Part shown: in pieces, positions 47,186-57,905 of the stretch
Numbering within the stretch: the first letter of the stretch is position 1
Layout of the letters: each line of letters begins with the position of its first letter
NCBI GenBank assembly: GCA_963758525.1
Contig: CAVWVQ010000003.1
Coordinates: 928,001 to 992,000 of the forward strand
Direction: 5' to 3'
Source of the DNA: an uncultured Phycisphaerales bacterium
GTDB taxonomy: Bacteria > Planctomycetota > Phycisphaerae > Tepidisphaerales > Tepidisphaeraceae
DNA length: 64,000 nt
The notes under the pieces: generated by a model
What the model was told of the DNA's origin: nothing
Database searches by the model: none
Seen by the model: the letters and a program-made list of their open reading frames with translations, nothing else
Program-made: the position numbers and the translations under genes

Positions 47186-47776
47186 CCCTGAGTGGGGGCT
47201 CGATTGGGGAAAGGCGTGGAGACACGATGGAGCGCTTGCGTACCGCACAGCCCCCACCCCGACCCTCCCCCGGAGTACCAGGGGTGGGCGAAGATTTCTT
47301 GGGCGCGTCAAATACGACTAAGCGAAATCCTGAGCCGGTATCAGCGGGCGTAGTCATACGCCGTCAAGTCGCGTGCTGCCTGTGCCAGTTGCTTCAGCTT
47401 GAGTGAGACATACGTCTCCTGCGTCCCCGCAACACCGCCGGCGTCGGCCTCCACTGCTAAATGAGCCGGGGATGCATCGGGTGCTGGGAAGTTGGTGGTC
47501 GTCCGCTCGGACCGTTCCAATACCCCACGTTCGATATCGCTTCTGGATGCCATGTTGAACCCCGTCGTAAAGTCCGAAAGCCTCAGATGCCGCCACCGAA
47601 TGCAAGCGGCGCGCCGCACGTGCGGATCGACAAAAAAGAACATCGATCACCCATCGCTTATCACACTTTCTTCCACGGTTTCGATTTCTTAGGCCGGACG
47701 GTGGGCGCAGAGAGTTTTCTCTCGCCCGGCGTGGCCGTCCGTTGCGAAAGATGCTGACCTTTGCAGCGCGGTGTCG

Positions 47777-49447
47777 TTACGCCTCGATCGGCTCGGGAAT
47801 CGGCGTCTGCATGCCGTGTCTCCAGAGCAGATGCAGACGCCAGTGGGCGTCGTCGCGTTTGGGGTAATCGACGCGGTAATGTGCGCCGCGGGACTCGGTG
47901 CGATCCAGCGCGGCGGACGTGATCAGGGCACAGACCGTCAGCATGTTCTGCAATTCCCAGCCGGCGGTCGCCCCGGCGAGGCCGCGGGCGGCGTCGAAGG
48001 TCTTGTCCATGACATACCGGCTCCAGAAGGAAATGATCTCCTGGGTTTCTTCCAGACGCGGACCGCTGCGCTCGATGGCGGCGTTACGCCACATGACGCT
48101 GCGCAGGCTGCTCTTCACGTCGGTGATGTCGAGCTCTGTTTTGGTCGATCGCGGAATGCGATGCTCCAAAGACAGGGGAAAGCGCGGCGCCTCGTCCGCT
48201 GCCGCGCGGGCGGCGTCGGCGCCGGCGCGAGCGCCAAAGGCGAGCCCTTCCAGCAGGGAGTTGCTCCCGAGCCGGTTGGCGCCGTGCAGGCCGGAGCAGC
48301 CGGCCTCGCCGACCGCGTAGAGATTCGCGAGGCTCGACCGGCCCTGCAGATCGGCGTCGACGCCGCCGATCATGTAGTGCGCGGCGGGATGCGTCGGGAT
48401 CAGATCCTTGGCGCTGTCGATGTCGAATTCGGCCAGGAGCTTGGCGAGCTGCGGGAAACGCTCGCGGAATTCCTGCGCGGGCAGATGCCTGGCGTCGAGG
48501 AAGACGTGCGTGAAATGCGTGTTGCGGATCTGCTCGACGATCGCCCGGCTGACGACATCGCGCGGCGCCAATTCGGCCATGGGGTGATAGTCGGGCATGA
48601 ACCGCTTCCCATCGCGATCGACCAGGTACGCTCCTTCGCCACGGATCGCTTCGGTGATCAGCGCCCGGCTGGCGCCGGCGACGTAAAGCGTCGTCGGATG
48701 GAACTGCACCATCTCCATGTCCTGCAGCGTCGCGCCGGCGCGATAGGCCATCGCGTGCCCGTCGGCGGTGGCGATTTTGGGATTGGTCGACTCGCGATAA
48801 AGCTGCCCCGCCCCGCCGCTGGCGAGAATCGTGCGCTTGGCCCAGATGACACTGACCTGGCCGCCGATCAGCGCGAGAACGCCGACGCAGCGGTTGTCGT
48901 CGGTCAGCAGGTCGATGACAAAACTGTTCTCTGAGATGCGGATCGCCTCGCGGCCGCGGGCGGTGCGAATCAGCGTGTTGGCAAGCTCCATGCCCGTCGC
49001 GTCGCCGTAGGCATGAAGAATCCGGGCAAACGAATGCCCCCCTTCGCGGGTGAACGCCAGTCCATGGGCTTTGGACGAATCCTTGTCGAAGTTCGCGCCC
49101 CATTCGAGCAGTTCGAGAACGCGGTCGGGGCCTTCCTTGATCACGACGTTGACCGCCGAGTGATCGCACAAGCCCGCGCCGCCCAGTTCCGTGTCCTGCA
49201 CGTGGGACGCGTAGCTGTCCGCCGGCTGGAGCACCGCGGCGATGCCGCCCTGCGCGTACCAGGTATTGGATTCGTCGATCGTGTCCTTGGTGAGGACCAA
49301 TACGTCGGCCCCTTCATCCGACGCCGCGATGGCCGCCCGCAATCCCGCCACGCCGCCGCCGATCACGAGCACGTCCGTGAATCGCTGCGGAAGGCGCGGC
49401 GCCTTGAAAGGGATGAGATAGCGGCGTTGGGAGATCGACTCGGACAT
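47777..49447 (-). CDS. nadB: L-aspartate oxidase
   Basis: GGGVAGL, AQGGIAA, REGGHS..RI.HA.GDATG, QFHPT, ELAPRD, AHYMIGG, GLHGANRLGSNSLLE. Confidence 0.95.
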   Translation of the reverse strand: MSESISQRRYLIPFKAPRLPQRFTDVLVIGGGVAGLRAAIAASDEGADVLVLTKDTIDESNTWYAQGGIAAVLQPADSYASHVQDTELGGAGLCDHSAVNVVIKEGPDRVLELLEWGANFDKDSSKAHGLAFTREGGHSFARILHAYGDATGMELANTLIRTARGREAIRISENSFVIDLLTDDNRCVGVLALIGGQVSVIWAKRTILASGGAGQLYRESTNPKIATADGHAMAYRAGATLQDMEMVQFHPTTLYVAGASRALITEAIRGEGAYLVDRDGKRFMPDYHPMAELAPRDVVSRAIVEQIRNTHFTHVFLDARHLPAQEFRERFPQLAKLLAEFDIDSAKDLIPTHPAAHYMIGGVDADLQGRSSLANLYAVGEAGCSGLHGANRLGSNSLLEGLAFGARAGADAARAAADEAPRFPLSLEHRIPRSTKTELDITDVKSSLRSVMWRNAAIERSGPRLEETQEIISFWSRYVMDKTFDAARGLAGATAGWELQNMLTVCALITSAALDRTESRGAHYRVDYPKRDDAHWRLHLLWRHGMQTPIPEPIEA

Positions 49448-49689
49448 TGGCAGGCACTAAATTCCGAATGACGAAACCAGAAGCCAGAATCAAATCGAAG
49501 ATCCGCCGTGGCGGACCAGAATTCCGAATGACCGAATGATACGCCACGCGTGCGCCGCATCGTTTGGCTAATTTGCGTGAAAGCCCATGTGGCGGAGTTG
49601 GCTTCGTCCCGGTCCTCTCATTCGGTCATTGGACATTCGGGTTTCATTGTTTCATTCTGATTTCTGGTTTCGGAATTCTGGTTTTACCG

Positions 49690-50267
49690 TCACGCTCCCT
49701 CGCGCGTGATGATCTGATAGCGTTCGCGTTCGCCCACGCCGCGAAGCGGGTAGTCCTTGCGGTGCGGATACGAGCCGAAGCCGTTCCACGTGAGGATGCG
49801 GCGAAGGTCCGGATGACCCAGGAAGATGATGCCGAGCATGTCGTAGATCTCGCGTTCGAGCCATTCGGCTCCGGCCCAGACAGGGGTCAGGCTGTCGACC
49901 TTCAGCCCGGGATCTCCTTCGGCCACGACCTTTTCATCGCGGGGCGCGGTGCCGGGAGCGGTCGTGTGCTCGGGGTCGAAGAAGACCTTGAGCCACAGTC
50001 GATCGTTTCGGGAAATCGACGTGAGTCCGTAGTTGACGCCGAATCGATGGGTGGCCCCGGGATAGTTCAGATAATCGACCCCGTTCATCTCGGCGAGCAT
50101 TTCGTAGCGCAATGCCCAATCATCGCGAAGGTAGGTGGCGACGGGCGCAGATCTTCGCGCGGAACGACGACGGTCACCATTTGGCGAAACTCGCCGACCA
50201 TGAATTTGGTCGCCGGGAACTTCTCCTTCAACGGCTTGAGCGCCGCATGCTCGATCACATGTGCCAT
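49690..50267 (-). CDS. nuoC: NADH-quinone oxidoreductase subunit C, isolated copy (frameshift near 50140)
   Basis: GVDY, W.GAEWLEREIYDMLGI.F.GHPDLRRIL...GF..YP.RKDYPL.G. Confidence 0.9.
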
Positions 50268-50395
50268 GGCCGAGATTGTTTTCAAAATGGGGAGGGCGTC
50301 AACAGGGGAGAGGGAAAGGGACGGAGGGACGGAGGGACGAAGGGACAAAGGCACGAAGGGGAGGACGCTTCGCGGCGGATCATTGTTTTATCAAT

Positions 50396-50523
50396 TCCCC
50401 TTCCTCACCCTACGTGCCGCAGTTTATCCGCCGCGGCGGATGCCTCCGTGCCTTCCGCTTACATCCCCTTCCTCACCCTTCGTGCCGCAGTTTATCCGCC
50501 GCGGCGGATGCCTTCGTGCCTTC
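50396..50523. repeat. Tandem duplication (68-bp period) containing the palindrome ATCCGCCGCGGCGGAT
   Basis: Copies at 50396-50455 and 50464-50523. Related ATCCGCCGTGGCGGA at 49501. Confidence 0.8.
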
Positions 50524-51195
50524 GTGCCTTCCCCCCTTCTTCCCATACGGACAATATTCCAGAATCGGACATTCAGTGCATTTCGGATTCCGTGCGACAC
50601 AGATCGCTCTGCCGTGGAAAATCAGCAGATGCGCCCACAGCGCCCAGTCTTCCTGTGGGACCAGCGGGATCAGATCCTGCTCGATCTTGACGGCGTCGGT
50701 GGGATGATCGGTGAGTCCGAGGCGATTGGAGACGCGCGTGACGTGGGTGTCGACGACGATGCCGATGTTTTTGTTGAAGGCATTGCCGAGAACGACGTTG
50801 GCGGTTTTTCGGCCGACGCCGGGGAGGGCGGTGAGTTGTTCGATGGTTTGAGGGACTTGGCCGTTGTGTTGTTCGACGAGGGCGGCGGCCATGCCGCGGA
50901 TGGCTTTGGCTTTGTTGCGGAAGAAGCCGGCCGACTGGATTTCCCGCTCGAGCGTCTCCTGCGGGATTTGGGCGTAATCGGAAGCCTTTGTGTATTTTGA
51001 GAAGAGGCGGCTGGTGACAATGTTGACGCGATCGTCAGTGCATTGTGCCGAAAGGATCGTTGCGACCAGCAGCTCCAGCGGCGAGCGATGATCGAGCCGG
51101 CATTGTGCCTTTGGGTAGGTGCGCTTCAGAATGGGGAGAATCCTGCTGACGCGCTCGAGGCGCTTGCGGACTTTTGCGGGCAACGGCTTGGGCAT
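50473..51195 (-). CDS. nth: Endonuclease III
   Basis: LLVATILSAQCTD, LPGVGRKTANVV, VDTHV, C.AR.PKC..CP....C. The C-terminal tail is repeat-derived. Confidence 0.95.
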   Translation of the reverse strand: MPKPLPAKVRKRLERVSRILPILKRTYPKAQCRLDHRSPLELLVATILSAQCTDDRVNIVTSRLFSKYTKASDYAQIPQETLEREIQSAGFFRNKAKAIRGMAAALVEQHNGQVPQTIEQLTALPGVGRKTANVVLGNAFNKNIGIVVDTHVTRVSNRLGLTDHPTDAVKIEQDLIPLVPQEDWALWAHLLIFHGRAICVARNPKCTECPILEYCPYGKKGGRHEGTKASAAADKLRHEG

Positions 51196-51206
51196 CGGGA
51201 TGTCAG

Positions 51207-51791
51207 CTACTTCGCCTGGGGCTGTTGGAAGATGAGCGTCAGGCCATGCGGGACGCCCGGGGCGATGTCGGCGCTGAACAGCACCATCCCGAGCAGAAGG
51301 AACAGCAGGATCGAGAGAATCGTGACGCTCTCGCGATGGTAGCGGTCAAATTGTTCGCGCGCCGCGTTTGCCAATTCGGGCTCATCGGCGTGTTCGATGT
51401 ACTCTTCGCGATACTTGCGGATGCGCGGCCCTAGAAACCGCCAGTCATAGACGACCAGCCCCGTGGCGCCGAGAAACAGTGCCGAACGCACCAGCGAGCC
51501 GAGTTGGTTTCGATCCGCGACAAACCACTGGCCGATCATGCTGATGAACAGGGCGGCGGCACATACCAGCTCGGTGCGCAGGAGCATGGCCAGCAGTTCC
51601 GCGACAATCGAGCCGGCCAGCAGCGTGCCGTGCTGGTTTTCCAGGTTGACGCTGAGCACGGTGGGGAGAATCGGCGAGTTCTGCCTGATGATTCGGAAGA
51701 TGACCGGGGCCGACATCGCGACAAAAAGTACCCCGCCAAACCAGGTGGAAAGCGCCAGCCAGTAAACGATCTGCACGATCTGAAAGAGCAT
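51207..51791 (-). CDS. DUF4149-like membrane protein
   Basis: W.GG.LF...AP..F; four TM helices; F..YH..S. Confidence 0.75.
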   Translation of the reverse strand: MLFQIVQIVYWLALSTWFGGVLFVAMSAPVIFRIIRQNSPILPTVLSVNLENQHGTLLAGSIVAELLAMLLRTELVCAAALFISMIGQWFVADRNQLGSLVRSALFLGATGLVVYDWRFLGPRIRKYREEYIEHADEPELANAAREQFDRYHRESVTILSILLFLLLGMVLFSADIAPGVPHGLTLIFQQPQAK

Positions 51792-51829
51792 CGCGGCATT
51801 ATAGAGGCAGCGGCAGCGACGCGGGAGTT

Positions 51830-52051
51830 TTACTTCGGAGGCGTTGGCTCCGGCGGCGGGCCGACTGGTTTGGAATGCTTTTTCTTGGCGGTGTTTTCAC
51901 GAGGCCGGCTGCGTTCCCAGACGAAGCCGTACATTCGCCCCAGGCACCCCTCGCAACGAAAAGGGCGCGAGAGGAGCAGCAACAGCGGGACTTCCCACCA
52001 GACTGGGTGCGCGCGGACGAAATTGATGCTTTTGCACTCGGGGCAACGCAT
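51830..52051 (-). CDS. Small Zn-ribbon protein
   Basis: MRCPEC...RPFRCEGC..R pattern. Confidence 0.65.
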   Translation of the reverse strand: MRCPECKSINFVRAHPVWWEVPLLLLLSRPFRCEGCLGRMYGFVWERSRPRENTAKKKHSKPVGPPPEPTPPK

Positions 52052-52255
52052 GTGACTGTGGCACTCAACTAGTTTCAGGCCGATTGGAGCTTCCGACGTG
52101 GTGCTCCAGTGAAAGGCCCCGACGCGCATGAACTTCGGAAACCCCGCTTGGGCCCCGCCGTCCCGACCTGGTTGCACAAGACTGAATCGCTATCACTCCG
52201 CCGGCCTCCCTTTGCCAGTACTGTAGCAACCGCACCGGTGGAAAATCCAATAAAA

Positions 52256-53841
52256 TTAAGTCACAGACGAGGAATATCGGTCTCTGCCGTCCTGGGACCG
52301 AACTGCCCGCGCGATAAAAACAAACTCATAGGCAAAGACAGAGGGGGAGAGGACCGTGAAGACCGATAAAACCCGATTCAGCGCCCGCATCGCCCAATTC
52401 CGTGCCGGGAGCCCCGCGGCTAATTCAATCGGAATGACGGTCGGCTTCTCAGCGACCCGCGCAAATCCGCACGTTTCGAGCAGTTGCCGCGCCGTCTGCC
52501 GGGTGAAAAACCTCAGGTGACGGCGATCGAGTATTCCGCGGGCGGCATACGGGAACTGCCCGAACAGCAGGGAACATCGCACGGAAATATTCGCCACGTT
52601 GGGAATTGCCGCCAGCAGCAAGCCGTCCGGCTTGAGCAGGGCCGCACATTCCTTGAGCAGCCGGTCCGGGTCCGGCAGATGTTCGAGGACGTCTTCCAGC
52701 ACGACCCGATCGAACTGACCGCTCGGCAGCTCCTCCACGCCGCTCAAACGCAATCCCGCTTCAACCCGGATATAGCGGACCAATGCGCCGGCGTGCCGCG
52801 GAGCAGCGAGCGTGTCGATGCCGACCACGCGATTGCCACGGGCCGCGAGTCGAGCGGCCAGCGCACCGTCGCCGCACCCGACCGCGAGCACCGATTGCCC
52901 CGTGCCGCAGAAGCGAAGCAGATATTCATGGCTGGAAAACCGGCTCTCTTTCAGCGGATGGCTTTGGGAATACTCGGCAAATTCGGGATAAGCGCAAGCC
53001 GTGGAGAGCGTCCGCCGATAACGCACGACCGCGCGAAATACGTCCTTCGCGTACTTGATCCCATCGACGTAGCAGAGCTCCTCGCCATAGAAAGTGGGGA
53101 TGGGAACTTCCCGGATGCGAAATCCCTGGTGCTGCAGCTTGATGATGATTTCCGTGTCGAAATGGAAATCGTCGGTCATGCGCGACAGATCGATCTTCGC
53201 CAGCGCCGCGAGGCTGTAGGCCCGGTAGCCGCTGTGAAACTCCGTGAGGCGCATTCCCAGCGATCGGTTTTCAAATGACGTCAGAATGCGATTGCCGACC
53301 AGCTTGTAGAGCGGCATCCCCCCTTTGCGCGGACCGCCGTAGTCGTTCATCATGCGCGAGCCGAACACCGCGTCGGCCTGGCCGCTGACCAGCGGCGCGT
53401 ACAGATCGGCGAGCACTTCGGCGCATATTGGCCGTCCCCGTGGAGCAGCACGACAGCGTCGAACTGCTTGTCCAGAAAATAGCGGTATCCGAGCTTCTGG
53501 TTGCCGCCATATCCGAGGTTCCGCGGATTCCGCAGCACCGTCAGCTTATCCAGCCCGGACAGCGCCTTGTATCCCACGGCCAGGGCATACGTGTCATCGC
53601 CGCTGGCATCGTCGAAAACAACAACTTCCTCCACGTTCTGCCAGACATCGCGGGGAATCCGCTGCAGGACGGTTGCCAGCGTCGTGACGGCGTTGAACGC
53701 GACGATCAGCACTCCAACGCGCTTGCCGCGATTGTCGGCCGGCGCGATCGGCCGGCGCGAAAGCGCCAGCGCCCGCTGAGCCGCGTTCGCCCCGGCGGGG
53801 AGCCGGGCGGGCGGAAGTGTTGGAGGAGTTTCGAGGGTCAT
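52256..53841 (-). CDS. Bifunctional GT2 glycosyltransferase / class I SAM methyltransferase (frameshift near 53418)
   Basis: DDAS.D, NLGYGGNQK, LHGDGQY, EFHSGYRAY; then VL.VGCGDG, DVLEHL, LD..HLRFFT. Confidence 0.88.
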
Positions 53842-53979
53842 GCCCGCTTCAATTGTACGTCGCGAGTGAAACGCATGCGATTCAACGACGTGAATGAAGC
53901 TGTCGCGGAAATTCGCGCCCGCTCGCTGGATGACTGCCTCGCGTTGATCCGACTAAGAAAGACGAGTAGAATTCGCCGC

Positions 53980-54212
53980 ATGAGCCCAGAAACACTGGCG
54001 GCCGAACTGGATCGGGATCCGTTTATCCCGCTGCGCATTCGTTTGACTGACAGAAGAGCGTTAGACATCAGCAATCCCGGCCTCTGCTTCATCGCTCGCA
54101 TGGGTCTCTATGCATTTGCGCCCGCCCGCACGAGGCGCTCGCCGAGGATGTGCAGGTTGTCTCCCTTGCCCACATCGTCTCCGTCGAAACGCTCTCACCC
54201 GCGCAGCAGTGA
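53980..54212 (+). CDS. Small planctomycete-type hypothetical protein (frameshift near 54125)
   Basis: L.R.PF.PLRI.LTD....DI.NP, then in a shifted frame VSL.HIVSVE and TGA at 54210-54212. Confidence 0.55.
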
Positions 54213-54220
54213 TCGCCCGG

Positions 54221-55903
54221 CTATTTTTCAGGAGCAGTCGGCCGCGGCTCGACGACCAGGCCGATCGCGTCCATGTTCATTCCCTGCCGGCCGAAAGTTC
54301 CTATCACCCGTTCGCCGTGACCGGCCAATTGAGTTTGTTTCCCCGGCTGCAGCGCGCCGTACCACGCGCTGGTATAGCTGTCGGCTGCGTCAACTCCGTC
54401 ACCAGTTAACTTCATAAAGATCACCTGGATGCCATCGGCGCCGTCCAGGCTTTTCACCACGACTCCGCCGACGGCGTAGCCGTCTTTGGCCATGCACAAC
54501 TCGCAGCCCGATGGAACTGCCTCGGTTGGCGTCGTCCACAACGGCTCGCAACGGCCAATGGTCAGGTGCCCCGACCAGCTGCCGATCCCGATGATAAATC
54601 CAGTCACGATTCGTCTTTCCCGGTCGGTCCGGAGATACGGGCTTCCGCCATGGCCCCCAACCATCGCCGTCTCGATCGCACCCGTAGGCAACGTGTTTGC
54701 ATTCTCATCCGAAAAATGAGCGATGCCGGCGCCGCCAGGCACGCGCGTCTGCCCAATTCGCGGCTGCGATGGCGAGCCTTGAAACCGGGGAGTGTTGATG
54801 TCGGGAAGCGTGTCGACGAACTGTTGGGCAGCCGGATTCGGCAGAAACTCCACACGGCCGTCGCTGTACAGAACGTTGATCCCCTCATGGTGGTTGCTCA
54901 TCGGCTCGTACAACATGACGGGATTCCCATACAAGCGTCCTGGCGCGATCAAAACATAGTTCTCGGATTCGCCGCTCGGCGCGCTGGGGCAGCTCAACGT
55001 CTGCGGCGAGAGCCCCTCTGCCTGCGCGAGGACGTCCAGCGACGGGGGAAACGCGTTCTGGTTGGCATTTTCGTACGCCAGCAGCGCGGCGCCGATCTGT
55101 TTCATATTCGCTGCGCACTTGACGCGGTTGGCCTGCTCGCGGGCACGACTGAACGCGGGGATGAGAATGGAGCAGGAGAGGGGAATGCCCACGATTCCGA
55201 GCACGAGACCGGCGATCGCCTGCCCCTGCCCGCGCACGCCCGGCCGCCTCGACCGGATCAGTCCGATGCTCGAAAAGATGATCGCCAGCAGACTGCACAG
55301 CGGGACGCACATGAGAATCCCCAGCACCATTCCGGCTGTCGCCATCCCATTTGCCGCTCCGCGAGCGGGCCCCTGGAACACCGGCGACCGCGGGTGCGTC
55401 CCACCCGATGGTGACAACGCTGCAAATGCGCCAATCGACCCTTCGCCGACGCCGCCATCGAGGAGATACCTGAATCTGAACTCCCCGATTTCAAGCGCGT
55501 CGCCGTCGGCCAGTTCCCGCTGCGTCACGCGATGCCCGTTGATCAAGACGCCGTTGGTGCTGTTCAGATCAACGACGGTCCAGCGCGACGGCCCAAAATC
55601 CACCCGCACCAATTTGCAATGATGGCGTGAAACCTGCTTGCCCGGCAGAACGATGTTGCAGTCGGACGCCTTGCCGATCACGATCTCGGCGCCTCCCCCC
55701 AGCACATACCGCCCGACCGCCAGCGTCGATCCCGGCTCCGCGACCAACGCCGCGTCAAAGTCACCGGCGCCGGCCCACTCGGCCAACGACTCGCCGCAAA
55801 CGATCTGCAGCACCCGCCCGCATGCCGGACAATGAAGTTTATTCTCGGCGGCACTTTCGGGAACCGTCAACTTCTTCGCGGAACAGCAGCCAAGTTCAAT
55901 CAT
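54221..55903 (-). CDS. Zn-ribbon-FHA-DUF4190-DUF1559 (H-X9-DG)-jacalin-like fusion protein
   Basis: CPACG; IG....C......VSRHH...DL.STNG; GMA.AG.VLG..G.G.AIAGLVLG; P.FSRARE.A....C..N.KQIG; HHEGINVLYSDG; GG.GG...G.FGR.G...DAIGL. Confidence 0.8.
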   Translation of the reverse strand: MIELGCCSAKKLTVPESAAENKLHCPACGRVLQIVCGESLAEWAGAGDFDAALVAEPGSTLAVGRYVLGGGAEIVIGKASDCNIVLPGKQVSRHHCKLVRVDFGPSRWTVVDLNSTNGVLINGHRVTQRELADGDALEIGEFRFRYLLDGGVGEGSIGAFAALSPSGGTHPRSPVFQGPARGAANGMATAGMVLGILMCVPLCSLLAIIFSSIGLIRSRRPGVRGQGQAIAGLVLGIVGIPLSCSILIPAFSRAREQANRVKCAANMKQIGAALLAYENANQNAFPPSLDVLAQAEGLSPQTLSCPSAPSGESENYVLIAPGRLYGNPVMLYEPMSNHHEGINVLYSDGRVEFLPNPAAQQFVDTLPDINTPRFQGSPSQPRIGQTRVPGGAGIAHFSDENANTLPTGAIETAMVGGHGGSPYLRTDRERRIVTGFIIGIGSWSGHLTIGRCEPLWTTPTEAVPSGCELCMAKDGYAVGGVVVKSLDGADGIQVIFMKLTGDGVDAADSYTSAWYGALQPGKQTQLAGHGERVIGTFGRQGMNMDAIGLVVEPRPTAPEK

Positions 55904-56075
55904 GAAAAACCCCTGCCATCGCGTCCGTCCTCTGCCGTCGCGTCCATCCCACGCTCACTGAATTATGCCTCGGCCGGAGAGGATTGAAAGTAACCTACAG
56001 CAGTTTTCAGATTGATGTGGCGTTGTGATTGCCTCCGGTTTCCCCTCCGCCAACGCTTCGGTCTGTTCCAGAAAC

Positions 56076-56515
56076 GTAGGGTCCGCTCGGCGGCTCCAGC
56101 GTACGCTCCGAATCGACGAAAGCGTCGAGCCGCCGTGCGGACCATTCCTCGACTTCCGCGAGAATCCTCGATGGCGCTCTCCGCTTTCCATGATGAGCGA
56201 CCCATCCAAGCTGTTTCTTTCAAATTCCGCAGACGTCAATACACCGTGATTGCTTGTCTCCTAAAGCCGACGGATCCTCCGTCGGAACTGCTCTGCGCCT
56301 GGGCCGCAGCCCGATGTCTCGAACTCTGAACTCCTGGGTTCCCTCTCCTCTCCTCCGGCCCCGATTCATGCCGTGAACCTACGAAATCCCCCCTTCGCAA
56401 TGCGACGTTTCCTGCCGCCCGAATTGCAATCAGTAAGTGTCGACCTCAGCTTTATCCCGTACGATGGCACGAAATGGCACGATTTGGCACATTATTTTTC
56501 TCAACCGACAAGAGC
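56076..56515. repeat. Composite non-coding dispersed element, copy 2
   Basis: GTAGGGTCCGC REP at 56076; colinear with 61-213; three TGGCAC(GAWW) units at 56465-56491. Confidence 0.75.
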
Positions 56516-56964
56516 CGTAGCTCCAAACCTGATGGATATATACCGGGACCATAATGCATCCGTACGTCAGCACGCTAGAAGTCGAGACTCTTCGGGAATC
56601 CCACCCCTGTGGAATTTCATCGGAGGGGCATTTTAGGATAATCTCTCCCGGCGGCGCGCTGCCCCTACCGCCACGCGGCCGCTTTGAGTTTGCCGGGATT
56701 GTAATCGAGGCGGGTGCGTCCAAGTTCATTCTGGTTCCCAGCTGGATGGTAATGCTCCTGAGTGCGACACCTGCGGTGCTGGTCGGTAGCCACTATTTTA
56801 CGAGAATGCATTCGCGCTGGTGCTGCCCGATGATCCAGACGCGGGCGCGACCAACTGACCCCCGCCACCCGTGGCGGGTTTTCTCACATATTCGGCGCGA
56901 TCTTCTAATTCATCGTGCTCGCCATGCTGCTACCCTCACTTCACAAACACCACGAAAGGGCTCA

Positions 56965-57786
56965 ATGATGAATCGGCGATGCTGGCTCGCAATCGTGCTG
57001 ACCCTGCTCACCGTGCACCGGGTTCGAACCACTTTGGGAGACTCGGCACGTGCAGCGTCTCCGCCGGCCGCGGTCGCAGCATCCGACGTGCCCGCTGCCG
57101 AAATCCGGCCCTTTGGAAGCGATCCCAGCCTGCAGGACTATAAGCTCAGGTTTTCCGACGATTTCAACGGTGACGCGCTGGACAAAAACACGTGGGGATA
57201 TCGCACCGACAGTAAGGCGATGAGCGCACAGCTTCCAGAAAATGTTGCCGTTTCAGGCGGGCTTCTTCACCTGGCGGTGAAGAAGGAAGACGCCGGGAAA
57301 ATGCACTACACCGGCGGCGGAATCATCAGCAAGAAAGAGTTCACCTACGGCTATTACGAGTGCCGTTTCAAAATTCCCCCGGGGAAAGGCTGGCATACTT
57401 CATTCTGGACCATGAGAGCCGGCGGCGGCAAACCCGCCGCGCAGGAGATCGATATCTGCGAGCAGGACTCGGTGGATCATCACAAGTATTCGGCGGGCGT
57501 CATCGCCTGGGGAAACCACCGCGCCGGTCTGGGGCGGAAATATCCGCACGTCGATGCCGATCTCTCCGACGATTTCCATGTCTGGGGCGCGGAATACACG
57601 CCCAACATCGTGCGTTTCTTTTTTGATGGAAAGATGACTCACGAGGCCGATATGACAAAGGTCACGCAGGGGCCGCAGAGCATCTGGCTGACTGTCATCG
57701 GTTACCCCTCAAGGGCAACAATCGACGATACAAAGCTCCCGTCTGAAGCGACCTACGACTGGGTGCGATTCTACGAGAAGCCATGA
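56965..57786 (+). CDS. Glycoside hydrolase family 16 protein
   Basis: Signal peptide, FSDDFNG, YGYYECR, EIDICE catalytic motif, FHVWG, DWVR.Y. Confidence 0.9.
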   Translation: MMNRRCWLAIVLTLLTVHRVRTTLGDSARAASPPAAVAASDVPAAEIRPFGSDPSLQDYKLRFSDDFNGDALDKNTWGYRTDSKAMSAQLPENVAVSGGLLHLAVKKEDAGKMHYTGGGIISKKEFTYGYYECRFKIPPGKGWHTSFWTMRAGGGKPAAQEIDICEQDSVDHHKYSAGVIAWGNHRAGLGRKYPHVDADLSDDFHVWGAEYTPNIVRFFFDGKMTHEADMTKVTQGPQSIWLTVIGYPSRATIDDTKLPSEATYDWVRFYEKP

Positions 57787-57905
57787 GCGGGACGTGCCGC
57801 GGCTGGCCGTCAGATCCTGGTGGAGCTGATCGATGAAAACGCGTGAAGTTCGGCGTTGTGGCGTCGCATTGATGGCAGTGGCCTGAGAAATGCGAAGGTA
57901 AATGG

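Noticed and set aside
47341..47643. Small minus-strand ORF downstream of nadB
   Set aside because: No motif or clear RBS, so it cannot be supported.
56554..56964. N-terminal extension of the GH16 ORF
   Set aside because: The signal peptide and RBS fit ATG 56965. The upstream part looks like an unrelated decayed membrane-protein fragment.
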